Source of the DNA: a virus
Lineage: Duplodnaviria; Heunggongvirae; Uroviricota; Caudoviricetes
Length of the DNA stretch: 64,000 bases
Virus record (IMG/VR): IMGVR_UViG_3300043418_000226
Direction: 5' to 3' (one strand)
The notes beneath the pieces are model-generated. The model was not told where the DNA came from. It saw only the letters and a list, made by a program, of their open reading frames with translations, and did no database searches. The translations under genes and the position numbers were made by a program. Numbering within the stretch: position 1 is the stretch's first letter; each line of letters begins with the position of its first letter. This document shows positions 30,515 through 41,749 of this stretch, piece after piece.

Positions 30515-31324
30515 ATGAAAGACGCATTAGGAGATAGAATGAAAAATTTCTATGAGGACAGAACAAGATTTAAATTAGCGAGAAGAACTAATACAATAAT
30601 TCGTATTGACGGTAAGGCATTTCACACATATACTAAAGGTTTACCAAGACCATTCGATTCTGGTTTAATTGAGGATATGAATAACACTACTGCTTACCTT
30701 TGTAAAAACATACAAGGTGTTAAGTTTGGTTATGTTCAATCAGATGAGATTAGTTTATTGTTAACAGATTATGATACTCAGGATACGCACTCATGGTTTG
30801 ACAGTAACCTACAGAAAATGTGTAGTGTTGCATCATCTATGGCAACATCAGAGTTTAATCGACTAAGATTGATTAGAAAATGTATGGGTGGAGACATTGA
30901 GGGTTACGTTGATGCAATCGATTTGTCAGAATTCAAAATGGCAGAATTTGATGCACGTGTATTCCAAATACCATCGTCAATTGAAGTGGAAAACTATTTT
31001 ATTTGGAGACAACAAGATGCCACACGTAATAGTATTTCATCAGTCGCTCAAAGTCTATATTCACCTAAACAATTGAATGGTGTTAAGACAGATAAGATGC
31101 AAGAAATGATTTTCCAAAAGGGAATCAATTGGAATGACTATTCGTATCGTGAAAAACGAGGAACCGTTATTACTAAAGTAAAGGAAACAACCACAACACC
31201 ACTTCCTAATATTAGTGGTGAAGTAACGTACACAAGAAACAAATGGAAAGCAGTGGAAACACCAATCTTTTCACAAGATAGAGAATTTATTAAATCAATC
31301 ATGACAAATGAAAGTAATCAGTAA
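30515..31324 (+). CDS. thg1: tRNA(His) guanylyltransferase Thg1-like
   Basis: RIDGKAFH, QSDEIS, FDAR, WRQQDA.RNS; start at ATG 30515. Confidence 0.92.
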   Translation: MKDALGDRMKNFYEDRTRFKLARRTNTIIRIDGKAFHTYTKGLPRPFDSGLIEDMNNTTAYLCKNIQGVKFGYVQSDEISLLLTDYDTQDTHSWFDSNLQKMCSVASSMATSEFNRLRLIRKCMGGDIEGYVDAIDLSEFKMAEFDARVFQIPSSIEVENYFIWRQQDATRNSISSVAQSLYSPKQLNGVKTDKMQEMIFQKGINWNDYSYREKRGTVITKVKETTTTPLPNISGEVTYTRNKWKAVETPIFSQDREFIKSIMTNESNQ

Positions 31325-31532
31325 CACAAAAACAGAAAAATACGAAGAACTTGTAGTAGAAGATACTTGGTTCTTATTTTTTAAACGTAGGTCGACTTAC
31401 AGAAGATATACGGAAAAGGATGGTGCAAAACGAACATCCACATTCCAATATTACGGAGACAACAATTTCCGTGAGTTAGGTATGTTTGAACATTATCTTA
31501 TTGCCGATTTATTCAGAGTAATATTATAAAAG

Positions 31533-32552
31533 ATGGAAAGAAAATTAGCAACACTCAAAACAATTGAAAACATTTTACCAATCGAAGGTGCGGATAAAAT
31601 TGAACTGGCAGTTGTTGGTGGATGGAAAGTAGTCGTAGGTAAAGACGTTGGTCACAAAGTAGGTGACATGGTTGTTTACTGTGAAGTAGATTCATTCTTA
31701 CCTATTAAAGAAGAGTTTGAATTCTTACGTAAGAGTTCTTACAAAAAAATGGGAGACTTAGAAGGATTCCGTTTAAAAACTATTAAACTTCGTGGACAAC
31801 TTTCACAAGGATTAATCTTACCTTTAGTTGAAACGTTCGGTGATTTTTCATGGACAGCATACGAAGGGTTAGATGTTACGGAACGTTTAGGTATTATTAA
31901 ATATGAACCACCAATCCCCGCTGAACTTGCAGGTCAAGTTATCGGAGGGTTCCCATCGTTCATTAGAAAGACAGATGAGGAAAGAATTCAAAACCTATCC
32001 GCTGAGTACGATGAATTAAAAACATTGGAATACTATGTAACTGAAAAGTTAGACGGTACATCTTCAACATTCTATTTTAACAACGGTACCTTTGGTGTAT
32101 GTGGACGTAATTGGGAATATGCCGAAACGGAAACTAACACCTATTGGAAAGTTGCAAGAAAATTGGACTTAGAAGAGAAGATGAAATCATTAGGATATAA
32201 TGTTTGTTTTCAAGGTGAGTTAGTGGGTGAAGGTATCCAAGGTAATCCTTATAAGTTAAAAGGACAAACAGTTTATTTCTACAACGTATTCAACATCGAT
32301 ACACAGGAATATCTTAACTTAAATGATTTTGTATTAACGATGACATCTGCATTTTATAGTATGTTGGAATTTGTACCGGTTATTGTTAGATACTTTAAGT
32401 TACCCGAAACAATTGATGAACTACTAATATTGGCAGACGGTAAGTCGGTATTATGTAACACGACCGACCGAGAAGGTTTGGTTATTAGAACAATTGACCG
32501 TAAACATTCATTCAAAGTAATTAGTAACAATTTTTTATTAAACGAAAAATAA
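31533..32552 (+). CDS. ATP-dependent RNA ligase, Rnl2/DRB0094 family
   Basis: N-terminal OB-like PIEGADKIE..SQGL; TEKLDGTS, GE, EGLV, FKVIS. Confidence 0.9.
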   Translation: MERKLATLKTIENILPIEGADKIELAVVGGWKVVVGKDVGHKVGDMVVYCEVDSFLPIKEEFEFLRKSSYKKMGDLEGFRLKTIKLRGQLSQGLILPLVETFGDFSWTAYEGLDVTERLGIIKYEPPIPAELAGQVIGGFPSFIRKTDEERIQNLSAEYDELKTLEYYVTEKLDGTSSTFYFNNGTFGVCGRNWEYAETETNTYWKVARKLDLEEKMKSLGYNVCFQGELVGEGIQGNPYKLKGQTVYFYNVFNIDTQEYLNLNDFVLTMTSAFYSMLEFVPVIVRYFKLPETIDELLILADGKSVLCNTTDREGLVIRTIDRKHSFKVISNNFLLNEK

Positions 32553-33630
32553 CATGGAAATTTTAAAAGAAGTTCTCGCAGCAATTATTGTTTTAGGTAT
32601 AGTATTGTTTATGGTATCAGGTATAATTCATATTATACTTTATTCACTAAACATTAGAGATAAGATTAGTATCGTAATTAAACTACCAAAACCAAAAAAA
32701 TACCTAACTAAGGTCAATCCAATTTATGAATTGGTTGAGGGATATGGTGATTATCATATTCGTAAATGGGAATTAGGTTACAAAGAATTGGTTGGTGTAC
32801 AATTTCTTTTAATTTTTATACCATACCCAATTGATTTACTTTTTTATCGATATGATATTAAAAATACATTATATCTTTGTGAAATTGAAGACCTTAAAGA
32901 TGTTACACGTCCATTAGAAGAAATCTTTGAGGAGAAATACAAAGTGATTAACGCTGAGGAGTTGGAAAAAGATAGAATTAAAACCGAACGTCAAAATAAA
33001 ATTGACAAATTAAATAAAGTATTCACCGAAAATTACGAATAACATGGAAACATTTAAAACTATTGTTGGTATTATAACATCATTCTTTTTTGGATTTGGG
33101 TTATGGTTTTTGGTTTTTTGGTTTATCACAATGGAACCGAATCTGTTCATTTGGGGAATGTGGACTAAAGTAACCTATTTGATATTATCATTTCTGGCGT
33201 CCGCTGGGTTCTCAAGAGAAGTACTAGAAGATTAATATAGAATATGAAAAAATTAAGTGATAGTGTAATTAATGACTTCGCAATTTTCTATAAGAATAAA
33301 TTGATGAAGGCTCAACGTAATGTTGAAAGGATTAAACGTTTTTATAACGATGATGATTCCTTTGATGTGTTAATTAAGAGAGTCATAGATAAACTCATGG
33401 TATCAACTCAACCATGGATTGTTCTTTATTCATTAATTGACTTAGTGGAAGCCGAAGGTGTAGAGGTTGAACCGTTAGATGGTTTAACTGAAAACTTCCC
33501 AAGTGTTCTAATTGAATATAAAGGATGGACATTTGCCCGAACACATGGTCAAGGAGTTGTTATTTCAATATACGATAAAAATAAAACCCTAATTTACAGG
33601 GATTAATAAACCAAATATAAAGACTAAACT

Positions 33631-34083
33631 ATGTCAACTTACAAACCACCAACGAATATTGCACTTCGTAACAGTGCACGTAAATCAGTTTTCTTAGCGG
33701 GATCCATCGAAATGGGTGTTGCCGAAAATTGGCAAGAAGAGGTTGGAAACTATTTCCATAAACAAGGATGGGATGTATTCAATCCTCGTAGAGAGGAATG
33801 GGATTCATCATGGGAACAGATATTTGAAAACCCACAATTCTATCAACAAGTTAATTGGGAATTAAATGCGTTAGAAAATTCTGACCTTATCGTTTTATAC
33901 TTCGACCCGAATACCAAATCACCAATTTCATTATTAGAACTTGGTTTATTTGCTCGTTCAGGTAAATTAAAAGTCATTTGTCCTGACGGATTTTGGAGAA
34001 AAGGTAACGTTGCGATAACTTGTAACTACTATAATATCCCACTTTACAACAATTTAACAACTTTATTTTTAGATTTAGGTTAA
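33631..34083 (+). CDS. Nucleoside 2-deoxyribosyltransferase-like protein
   Basis: VFLAGSI, FNPRR, QVNWEL, SPISLLELG. Confidence 0.8.
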   Translation: MSTYKPPTNIALRNSARKSVFLAGSIEMGVAENWQEEVGNYFHKQGWDVFNPRREEWDSSWEQIFENPQFYQQVNWELNALENSDLIVLYFDPNTKSPISLLELGLFARSGKLKVICPDGFWRKGNVAITCNYYNIPLYNNLTTLFLDLG

Positions 34084-34139
34084 AAAATTTGTTTGTAAAG
34101 AAATATTCACTACATTTGTCCATCAAAAATTAGGAAACT

Positions 34140-34949
34140 ATGAAAATATCATTAGAAAAAGAACTTAAAAAGAAAGTTCAAGAAAAGAAAAAGGAATTAG
34201 AATTTGACCCAATCAAAGAGGTTAAGTTGTTATTAGCTAATGACGATGCAGAGGATGTAAAAATTCTTAGAAACTTGTCGAGAAACTCACAGTTCAATAG
34301 GATTGAGAGAATTCAAGGGGAGCACATGGAGTTAGAAAAGATTGAAAATGATTTCCATGGTGAAATTTATACTATTGACCAAATTAAAGATTTGGCAATT
34401 AAGTATAAGTTAAGGTTCTTAAGTTCACAATACTATACTGGGACATATGACGTTCAAGTAACGGCAAAAATTAAAGATTTTGCAAGGAAAGTGAATGTGG
34501 AATTAACTGAATATAACCTTAGAGAAAAGTTCTCTATTTTGGCTCCAGAAAAAATGTTTACTTTGACAGATGAAAAATACGTCACAAAGAAACAATTGGA
34601 CCCATTAATGTTTTATAGAGTCGATAGTGAACATTATCGATTAGTTCATAAGTGGGGTGACGATTTTACCATACTTCGTTACTTAACCGGGTTCAGATGG
34701 AAAAGTTATTGGAATTACCATTTCTTTAACACTATGTTATGTCTACCGATTGTTGCAACTATATTAACGTCAATCTTTGGTTTCTATACCGAGGTACCTT
34801 TAGTTATTGTGTTTGTGTTCATGACGTTATTTCTTAGTAATTTGGCTTCTTATTTGTTTTTCGGTTGGAATAAATCAGATGATGGAGATATTATTCAAAG
34901 TTTCTTCACACCGAACAATTGGAACTCAACGAAAAAGATTAGAAATTAA
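34140..34949 (+). CDS. Hypothetical protein with C-terminal membrane helices
   Basis: DPLMF..LVHKWG followed by two hydrophobic segments. Confidence 0.55.
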   Translation: MKISLEKELKKKVQEKKKELEFDPIKEVKLLLANDDAEDVKILRNLSRNSQFNRIERIQGEHMELEKIENDFHGEIYTIDQIKDLAIKYKLRFLSSQYYTGTYDVQVTAKIKDFARKVNVELTEYNLREKFSILAPEKMFTLTDEKYVTKKQLDPLMFYRVDSEHYRLVHKWGDDFTILRYLTGFRWKSYWNYHFFNTMLCLPIVATILTSIFGFYTEVPLVIVFVFMTLFLSNLASYLFFGWNKSDDGDIIQSFFTPNNWNSTKKIRN

Positions 34950-35294
34950 TTTTAATAATTCACAATATGAAAAAGTTATTAGTACCTGGTTTTTTTATCC
35001 TATCAATTTTATTAACTGCGTTTGTTACAACTGCTGTGGCAACAGTTAAACTTGAGGACGGTGAAGTTGAATTCAGAACATTGAGTCACACTTTAAGTGA
35101 TACTGAAATTAATGAAGCGAACACCAAAAAATTGTACACCTCTAATATTGAACTTAAAGAGGGTTATGAGAATGTTCGAAAAGATGAAGTTAAGATTACC
35201 AAACATAAAAAAATTATTGGTTGGGAATCAAAAGTGGACACATTAAAAACATATGTAACCCAAGAATATTGTGGTTGCAATTAAAAAATAAAAG

Positions 35295-35756
35295 ATGCCA
35301 TTAAAAGAAAAAATAAATGCAGATTTCATTATTGCAATGAAAGCAAAGGCCTTAGTTGTTAAGTCAGCATTGAGTAGTATCAAAGCGAAAATAACTGAAG
35401 GTGAAAAGTTAAATGGTAACACTGAACTATCTGACCAAGAAGTTCTTAAAGTCATTACCACGGCAATTAAACAACGTAAACAATCATATGATGCGTTCAT
35501 GTTGGGGAACCGTGAAGACTTGGCAATTAATGAACAAGAAGAAATGAAAGTTCTTGAGATTTATTTACCAAAACAAATGACCGAGGAAGAAATTGAATCG
35601 GCAGTTACAACAATCGTACAAGAAATGTCTGCAATCGGTCTTGTTAATCCACAAGCACTTATTGGTAAAACAATTGGTGAGTTTAATAAACAATACCAAG
35701 GTATGGCCGACATCGCCGTAGTTAAATCAATCGTAAACAATTTAATTAATCAATAA
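35295..35756 (+). CDS. GatB/YqeY domain protein
   Basis: AMKAK, KQRKQS, REDLA..E..E..YLPKQM. Confidence 0.9.
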   Translation: MPLKEKINADFIIAMKAKALVVKSALSSIKAKITEGEKLNGNTELSDQEVLKVITTAIKQRKQSYDAFMLGNREDLAINEQEEMKVLEIYLPKQMTEEEIESAVTTIVQEMSAIGLVNPQALIGKTIGEFNKQYQGMADIAVVKSIVNNLINQ

Positions 35757-35984
35757 TATGGAAACTATCGGATTACTATTGGCAATCGTAACATTACCAT
35801 TATCACTTTTCTTCACCATTGCAAACGTAACGGGAGGAAATGGATTAAATAAATTCTTTGCAAGATTATTAGGTATTGGTGGGGTTGTCCTTTCAATTAT
35901 TTACATACTAAAATATAACAATTTAATATAACTGATTGATACAAACTTTAGATTTATATCCATATATTTATAATAAAAGATATT

Positions 35985-36485
35985 ATGGAACTAGTAAGAA
36001 AAAAAGTTTGCTCAACTTGTAAAGTTGAAAAAGAAATAACCGAATTTTCAAAAGACAAAACCGAAAAAGATGGTTACACCTATAGTTGTAAAGTTTGTAG
36101 AAATAAACGATATAATGATTGGGCGAAAGAGAATAAAGACAAAGTTCGTGAAAGGAACGCTAAAAGAGCTGAAGAAAGACAAGCGTACTATCAAAGTGAA
36201 CGAGGGATAGAATCGTCGAGACGTGCTCACCTTAAGAGAAAATATAATATGACGTTAGAAGAATATGATGTCATATTAGAAAGTCAAAATGGGGTATGTG
36301 ACATTTGTAAAGAACCTGAAAGTTATGGTAGAGCATCTTTTTTGGCTGTTGACCATTGTCATAATGACGAAACAATTAGAGGGTTACTTTGTAATAATTG
36401 TAACAGGGCAATTGGTTTACTTAAAGACAACATTGAAGTTCTTGAAAACGCAGTTAAATATTTGAAAAAACATAAACAAAAATAA
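35985..36485 (+). CDS. Endonuclease VII-like HNH homing endonuclease
   Basis: CxxC pairs; Q.G.C.IC, LAVDHCH, RGLLC..CN. Confidence 0.88.
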   Translation: MELVRKKVCSTCKVEKEITEFSKDKTEKDGYTYSCKVCRNKRYNDWAKENKDKVRERNAKRAEERQAYYQSERGIESSRRAHLKRKYNMTLEEYDVILESQNGVCDICKEPESYGRASFLAVDHCHNDETIRGLLCNNCNRAIGLLKDNIEVLENAVKYLKKHKQK

Positions 36486-36488
36486 ATT

Positions 36489-38081
36489 ATGAATCCACTA
36501 TTATTAACCGATGGTTATAAAACATCACACCACCAAATGTACCCTCCTGGTACTAATTTAGTTTATTCAAACTTCACACCTCGTAGTAACAAGTACGCAC
36601 CGAAAGGTTGTGAACAGGTTGTTTCGTTTGGTCAACAAATGGTTATGGTTCAAATCCACGAAGCATTCAAAAATGAATTCTTCTCTAAACCAAAAGAAGA
36701 AGTTTGTGGTGAAATGAAACGTGAGTTATCGATGTACTTAGGTACTGACTACGATGTTACTCACTTCGAGAAATTACACGACCTTGGTTACTTACCAATT
36801 CACGTTAAAGGTATTGAAGAAGGGACATTGGTTCCAATGAAAGTACCTGTGTTAACAATATACAATACACATCCTAATTTCTATTGGGTAACAAATTACT
36901 TGGAGACAATCCTTTCTAACTTGTTATGGAAACCGATGACATCAGCAACTATTGCTCACCAATATCGTAAGGTGTTGACTAAATGGCAAGAGAAGACCGA
37001 CACAGAGAAAAGTTGGTTCATCGATTGGCAAGGACACGACTTCTCAATGAGAGGTATGGATTCAGTTGAAGCTGTAATCAGTTCAGGTCTTGGTCACTTA
37101 ACATCATTCTCAGGTTCAGATTCGTTACCAACAATCTACGGAGCAAGAAAGTATTATGGTGAACAAGGTGCCGTTTGTGGTTCAGTTAACGCAACTGAAC
37201 ACTCAGTAATGTGTGCGGGTGGTGCCGACGATGAGGTTGGTACATTCAAACGTTTATTGGAAACATATCCAACGGGAATTCTATCTGTTGTTTCAGACAC
37301 TTGGGACTTGTGGAAGGTATGTACCGAACACGTTGTAACATTGAAAGAAGAGATCTTATCACGTGACGGTAAGTTAGTTATCAGACCTGATAGTGGTGAC
37401 CCAGTTGATATTTTATGTGGTAAACAAATTCCAAAATTTGAAAACACAAAAGAAATTTTAGATTTTTATTCCCCATTCTCAGAAACCGAATTACATTTCC
37501 CGTTATTTTATTTAGAAGATAAGTTGTATAAAATACATTTATCAAAAGAAGACAATGGTAGAATTGAATGGAACTTATATACTATTGAACCATCAGATAA
37601 AGGTGTAATCGAATTACTTTGGGATGCATTTGGCGGAACAATCAACGAACAAGGTTACAAAGTTCTTGACTCACACATCGGAGCAATCTATGGAGATTCA
37701 ATCACAATCGATAGAGCCAATGAGATTTGTAGAAGATTAGAAGCAAAAGGATTCGCATCTACAAACGTTGTATTAGGTATTGGTTCATTCACATATCAAT
37801 TCAACACAAGAGATACATTTGGTTTCGCAATGAAAGCAACTTATGTTGAACTAGAAGGTGTTGGTAGAGAAATCTTTAAAGACCCAATCACCGATGATGG
37901 TACTAAGAAATCTGCAACGGGTTTGTTACGTGTAGATAAAAATTTAAACGGTAACATTACATTATTTGATAAGGTTAATTGGGACGATGAGAATATGGGT
38001 TTATTAAAAACCATATACAAAGATGGTGAGTTCCAAAACCAAACGACCTTGACTGAAATCAGAGAACGTTTAAAACAATAA
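36489..38081 (+). CDS. nadV: Nicotinamide phosphoribosyltransferase-like (NAMPT/Namat)
   Basis: TDGYK.SH, HDFS.RG, ATEHSVM, SVVSDTWD, IRPDSGDP, YGDSI, RDTFGFAMK. Confidence 0.92.
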   Translation: MNPLLLTDGYKTSHHQMYPPGTNLVYSNFTPRSNKYAPKGCEQVVSFGQQMVMVQIHEAFKNEFFSKPKEEVCGEMKRELSMYLGTDYDVTHFEKLHDLGYLPIHVKGIEEGTLVPMKVPVLTIYNTHPNFYWVTNYLETILSNLLWKPMTSATIAHQYRKVLTKWQEKTDTEKSWFIDWQGHDFSMRGMDSVEAVISSGLGHLTSFSGSDSLPTIYGARKYYGEQGAVCGSVNATEHSVMCAGGADDEVGTFKRLLETYPTGILSVVSDTWDLWKVCTEHVVTLKEEILSRDGKLVIRPDSGDPVDILCGKQIPKFENTKEILDFYSPFSETELHFPLFYLEDKLYKIHLSKEDNGRIEWNLYTIEPSDKGVIELLWDAFGGTINEQGYKVLDSHIGAIYGDSITIDRANEICRRLEAKGFASTNVVLGIGSFTYQFNTRDTFGFAMKATYVELEGVGREIFKDPITDDGTKKSATGLLRVDKNLNGNITLFDKVNWDDENMGLLKTIYKDGEFQNQTTLTEIRERLKQ

Positions 38082-38950
38082 CATTATGGCAATATCACCG
38101 GAAGTATTAACTCAAAGTTTTAAGAGAGAAGCTGATGACTTTGAAAAAATTATTGATAGTATCCTATCGAGTAAATCCTTAGGACCTGGTGGGTCGATTA
38201 CAATTAATACACCCAAGGGAATAACAAGTAAACACTTTGAGATATTATCTGAAAGATACAAATCGGCTGGGTGGGGTGAAATAGGAAGGTCCTATGGAAG
38301 TCAAAGAGATCCGGGAGATTGGTTAACCTTTAAATTATAAACTATGTGGTGGTATCTTATCATATATGTCGTAGGTATTGTTGTTTCATTATATTCAATC
38401 CATAAATGGAAGAATAGTCTGAAAGTCAGTGACTACGATAGTGAAGAAAATATGTACGGTGATTGGGAAAGTAATGCTGAGGCTTTTATGGCTTTCAGTA
38501 TTGCTTGGCCACTTTTTTGGGGTCTACAGTTATTAATATATCTTTACAACTTACTATTAAAACTTTCAATTATAATTGAAAAGGAAATTTCTAAACAAGA
38601 TAAAAAACAATAACTATGACATCATTAATTATCGTCCCCTTAATTTACATATTCGTAACCGAATTTTCATCGTATTCAGTATACGGTAAATTTCTAAAAG
38701 ATGAAATTGTAATCAAATATTTGGAAGATTTTGAACCATTCTCTGTTAATCCATTTGATAGTAGTATCATTTCACCTGAAATTAATTTCAAGAAGAATGG
38801 TTTTGATTTTGAAAGACTACATAATTCTAAATTCATTGTGAAAATTTCATTTTGTATCGGTTCAAAATATTATATTAGTACTTTAGGTCGAGTACCGAGA
38901 TGGTCTAAATCACACAAATTAATTAACGAACTTTATAAAAATACAAAGTA

Positions 38951-39451
38951 ATGATAAACTGGATTAAAAGATTATTCGGAATTGAAAAAAAAGAGGAAAA
39001 CAAAAACGTTATCCCCAATTTTAAACATGTACCACCACCACCTCCAAGAAAAAGATTCGAGACACCGGTAAGGGAAGAATCTAAGTTAAGACGTGTGTAT
39101 GATACACTAACACCACAAAGAGATAATAGTGGCGACTTTCTAACTTCGATGTTAGTTGCTGAAGCTACGGATTCCACATTGATGGGAGCATTAGTTGGTG
39201 GTGACATAGTTGGGGCAATGATTGGCGATTCATTAAACGATTCGGATTCGAGTTCTAACAATTCCGATAGTGGTTTTGACGGTGGATTCGGAGGAGGAGA
39301 TTTCTCAGGTGGAGGTTCAGAAGGTTCTTGGGACGACAGTAGTTCAAGTTCTTCCGACTCATCATCAGATTATTCATCAAGTGATAGTTCATACGATTCA
39401 TCTTCCAGTTATGATAGTAGTGATTCATCATCTTCAAGTTCAGATTGGTAA
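38951..39451 (+). CDS. Protein with Gly/Ser/Asp low-complexity tail
   Basis: GFDGGFGGGDFSGGGS.GSW then an SSSD-rich tail. Confidence 0.7.
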   Translation: MINWIKRLFGIEKKEENKNVIPNFKHVPPPPPRKRFETPVREESKLRRVYDTLTPQRDNSGDFLTSMLVAEATDSTLMGALVGGDIVGAMIGDSLNDSDSSSNNSDSGFDGGFGGGDFSGGGSEGSWDDSSSSSSDSSSDYSSSDSSYDSSSSYDSSDSSSSSSDW

Positions 39452-39678
39452 TGAGTAGTTTATTAATTCACACAGTAATTGTCCTATTTTTTAATTTGTT
39501 TTGGTTATACCAACGCAAATGGGACGGATTAAAAGAAATTTATGGGTTAACAGACATCCAATACACAGAAATACAAAAACAATTAATAACTTTATTAAGG
39601 TTTTATAGTTTATCTGGATTATTAACCTTACTTTTGTACCTTTATAAAACATTTCAGTAACTCATTAAATTAAGAAAG

Positions 39679-40239
39679 ATGAACATGACACAATGGTGTA
39701 TTGACCAACACAGAAATACAAATCATATGTACGATACCTATCTACCATATGAATTCCATTTAAGAATGGTACATGAAGTTGCAATTGATTTCAAACATCT
39801 ATTGGACGATACTGTTGATTATTTCACAGGTGAACCATATAGAGGACCACTACAAGACCAGGTTACTTTAAGAACCGCTTGTTTAAGGGCAGTATGGGGT
39901 CACGACCTTATTGAGGATTGTAGAATATCATATAATGATGTTAAAACACATTTAGGTCAAGAGGCAGCGGACATTGTTTTTGCTGTTAGTAATGAGAAAG
40001 GTAAAACAAGAAAAGATAGGGCGAATGAAAAATACTATAAAGGTATCTACGAAACACCTGGCGCTGTCTTTGTAAAACTTTGTGACCGAATTGCAAACGT
40101 ACAATATTCTAAAATGACAAAGTCACGTATGTTTGAAATGTACAAAAAGGAATATGATGAATTCAAAAAAAGTCTTCATTCGGATGGACATCCAACTCAA
40201 CCAATGTGGGATGAGTTAGAAAAATTATTTAACGATTAA
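39679..40239 (+). CDS. HD-domain hydrolase, Mesh1/SpoT-like
   Basis: PY.FHL, HDLIED, VKLCDRIAN. Confidence 0.8.
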   Translation: MNMTQWCIDQHRNTNHMYDTYLPYEFHLRMVHEVAIDFKHLLDDTVDYFTGEPYRGPLQDQVTLRTACLRAVWGHDLIEDCRISYNDVKTHLGQEAADIVFAVSNEKGKTRKDRANEKYYKGIYETPGAVFVKLCDRIANVQYSKMTKSRMFEMYKKEYDEFKKSLHSDGHPTQPMWDELEKLFND

Positions 40240-40250
40240 AATATAAACCA

Positions 40251-41114
40251 ATGACTTTAGACTTAGTTAATCAAGAAAAATCAGATATCAAATACAAGAT
40301 ATCATCGTTCCCCGATGGTCAACAAACTGTTGACTTAACAGACACAATAAAACAATACAATGACCCAATTTATTTGAAGTCACGGTTAAATTCATTCAAA
40401 GACCTTGAATTAATTATTTGTGCAACTCAAGCAATAAGAAATCAGATACCTAATAAAGAGATTAAATTATATGTTCCATATTTTTTAGGTTCACGTAGTG
40501 ATAGAAAATTTCAAGACGGTGGTGTCAATTATTTGAAACAAGTAATCTGTCCCATCATTAATAGTCAAAACTACAGTAGTGTAACCGTAATGGACCCACA
40601 TAGTGATGTACTTGAGGCTTGTCTTAACAATTACAATAAAGAAAATAACTTTAAGTTAGTTAAGTTCGCCCTTAGTAATATTGACAACAAAGACGGTGCA
40701 CAAGATAGAATTTGTTTGGTTAGTCCTGACGCAGGAGCATACAAAAAAATCTTCGATGTTGCCAAGTTCTATGGTATTAGTAATATCATTACGGCAACAA
40801 AAGTAAGAGACATGAAGACTGGAAACATTCTTCACACTGAGATTCCCGTACTTGACCAACACAATGATTTAACATATGTTATCGTTGATGATATTTGTGA
40901 TGGTGGTAGAACCTTTGTTGAACTTGCTAAAGTAATCAAAGCTGGTAGACCAACCGCTAAAGTATATCTTGTGGTAACTCATGGTATCTTCAGTGCTGGG
41001 TTTAAAGTATTGAATGAATATCTTGATGGTGTTTACTGTACGAACAGTTACAGAGATGTTGCTGACGATGAGTACGAAGTTAAAACGAATGTTAAACAAT
41101 TAAACGTACTATAA
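40251..41114 (+). CDS. prs: Ribose-phosphate pyrophosphokinase-like (Prs/Adps)
   Basis: FPDG, PY...RSDR, DPHS, SPDAGA, VDDICDGGRTF, THGIFS. Confidence 0.9.
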   Translation: MTLDLVNQEKSDIKYKISSFPDGQQTVDLTDTIKQYNDPIYLKSRLNSFKDLELIICATQAIRNQIPNKEIKLYVPYFLGSRSDRKFQDGGVNYLKQVICPIINSQNYSSVTVMDPHSDVLEACLNNYNKENNFKLVKFALSNIDNKDGAQDRICLVSPDAGAYKKIFDVAKFYGISNIITATKVRDMKTGNILHTEIPVLDQHNDLTYVIVDDICDGGRTFVELAKVIKAGRPTAKVYLVVTHGIFSAGFKVLNEYLDGVYCTNSYRDVADDEYEVKTNVKQLNVL

Positions 41115-41587
41115 TGAGAACAACAGACAAACATGTATTTTTTTGGGACGGAATTTATTCCCAATGGTACTGGGCTGACATGGTTATTGACAATATTGAA
41201 TATAATTCATGTGAACAATATATGATGCATCAAAAGGCATTGTTATTTGGCGATACCGATATTGCCGAATTAATTATGCAAGAAACAAATCCTCGTGAAC
41301 AAAAGAAATTTGGTCGTCAAATTAAAGGTTTTGATAAATCAATTTGGGATAAAAACTGTATGTCGATTGTATACGAAGGTAACTATGCCAAATTTACACA
41401 GAACCCTGAATTAAAGGAACAACTATTGGCAACCGGTGACCGTGTTTTAGTGGAAGCATCTCCATTTGATAACATATGGGGAATTGGAATGGGTGAGAAC
41501 GATGAAAATGTAGATGATCCTTCATTTTGGTTGGGTCTTAACCTATTGGGTTCGGCAATTATGTTAGTTAGAAATCAAATTAAGTAA
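41114..41587 (+). CDS. NADAR family protein
   Basis: SQW, EQYMM.QKA..F.D, K..GR, KFTQN, LVEASP.D.IWGIG, G.NLLG. Confidence 0.92.
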   Translation: MRTTDKHVFFWDGIYSQWYWADMVIDNIEYNSCEQYMMHQKALLFGDTDIAELIMQETNPREQKKFGRQIKGFDKSIWDKNCMSIVYEGNYAKFTQNPELKEQLLATGDRVLVEASPFDNIWGIGMGENDENVDDPSFWLGLNLLGSAIMLVRNQIK

Positions 41588-41749
41588 CCATGAAAAAAAG
41601 AAGATTATTAAATCTAATTGCACCATTCTATTTGGGATTTGCGTTGGCTCAGTTTGCAAACATTGATTTTCTTAATTGGAAATTTTATGCCATTATAGTG
41701 CCATTTTTTATTTTAGTGTTAATAACCGGTTTCAATAAAGAAGATTAGT

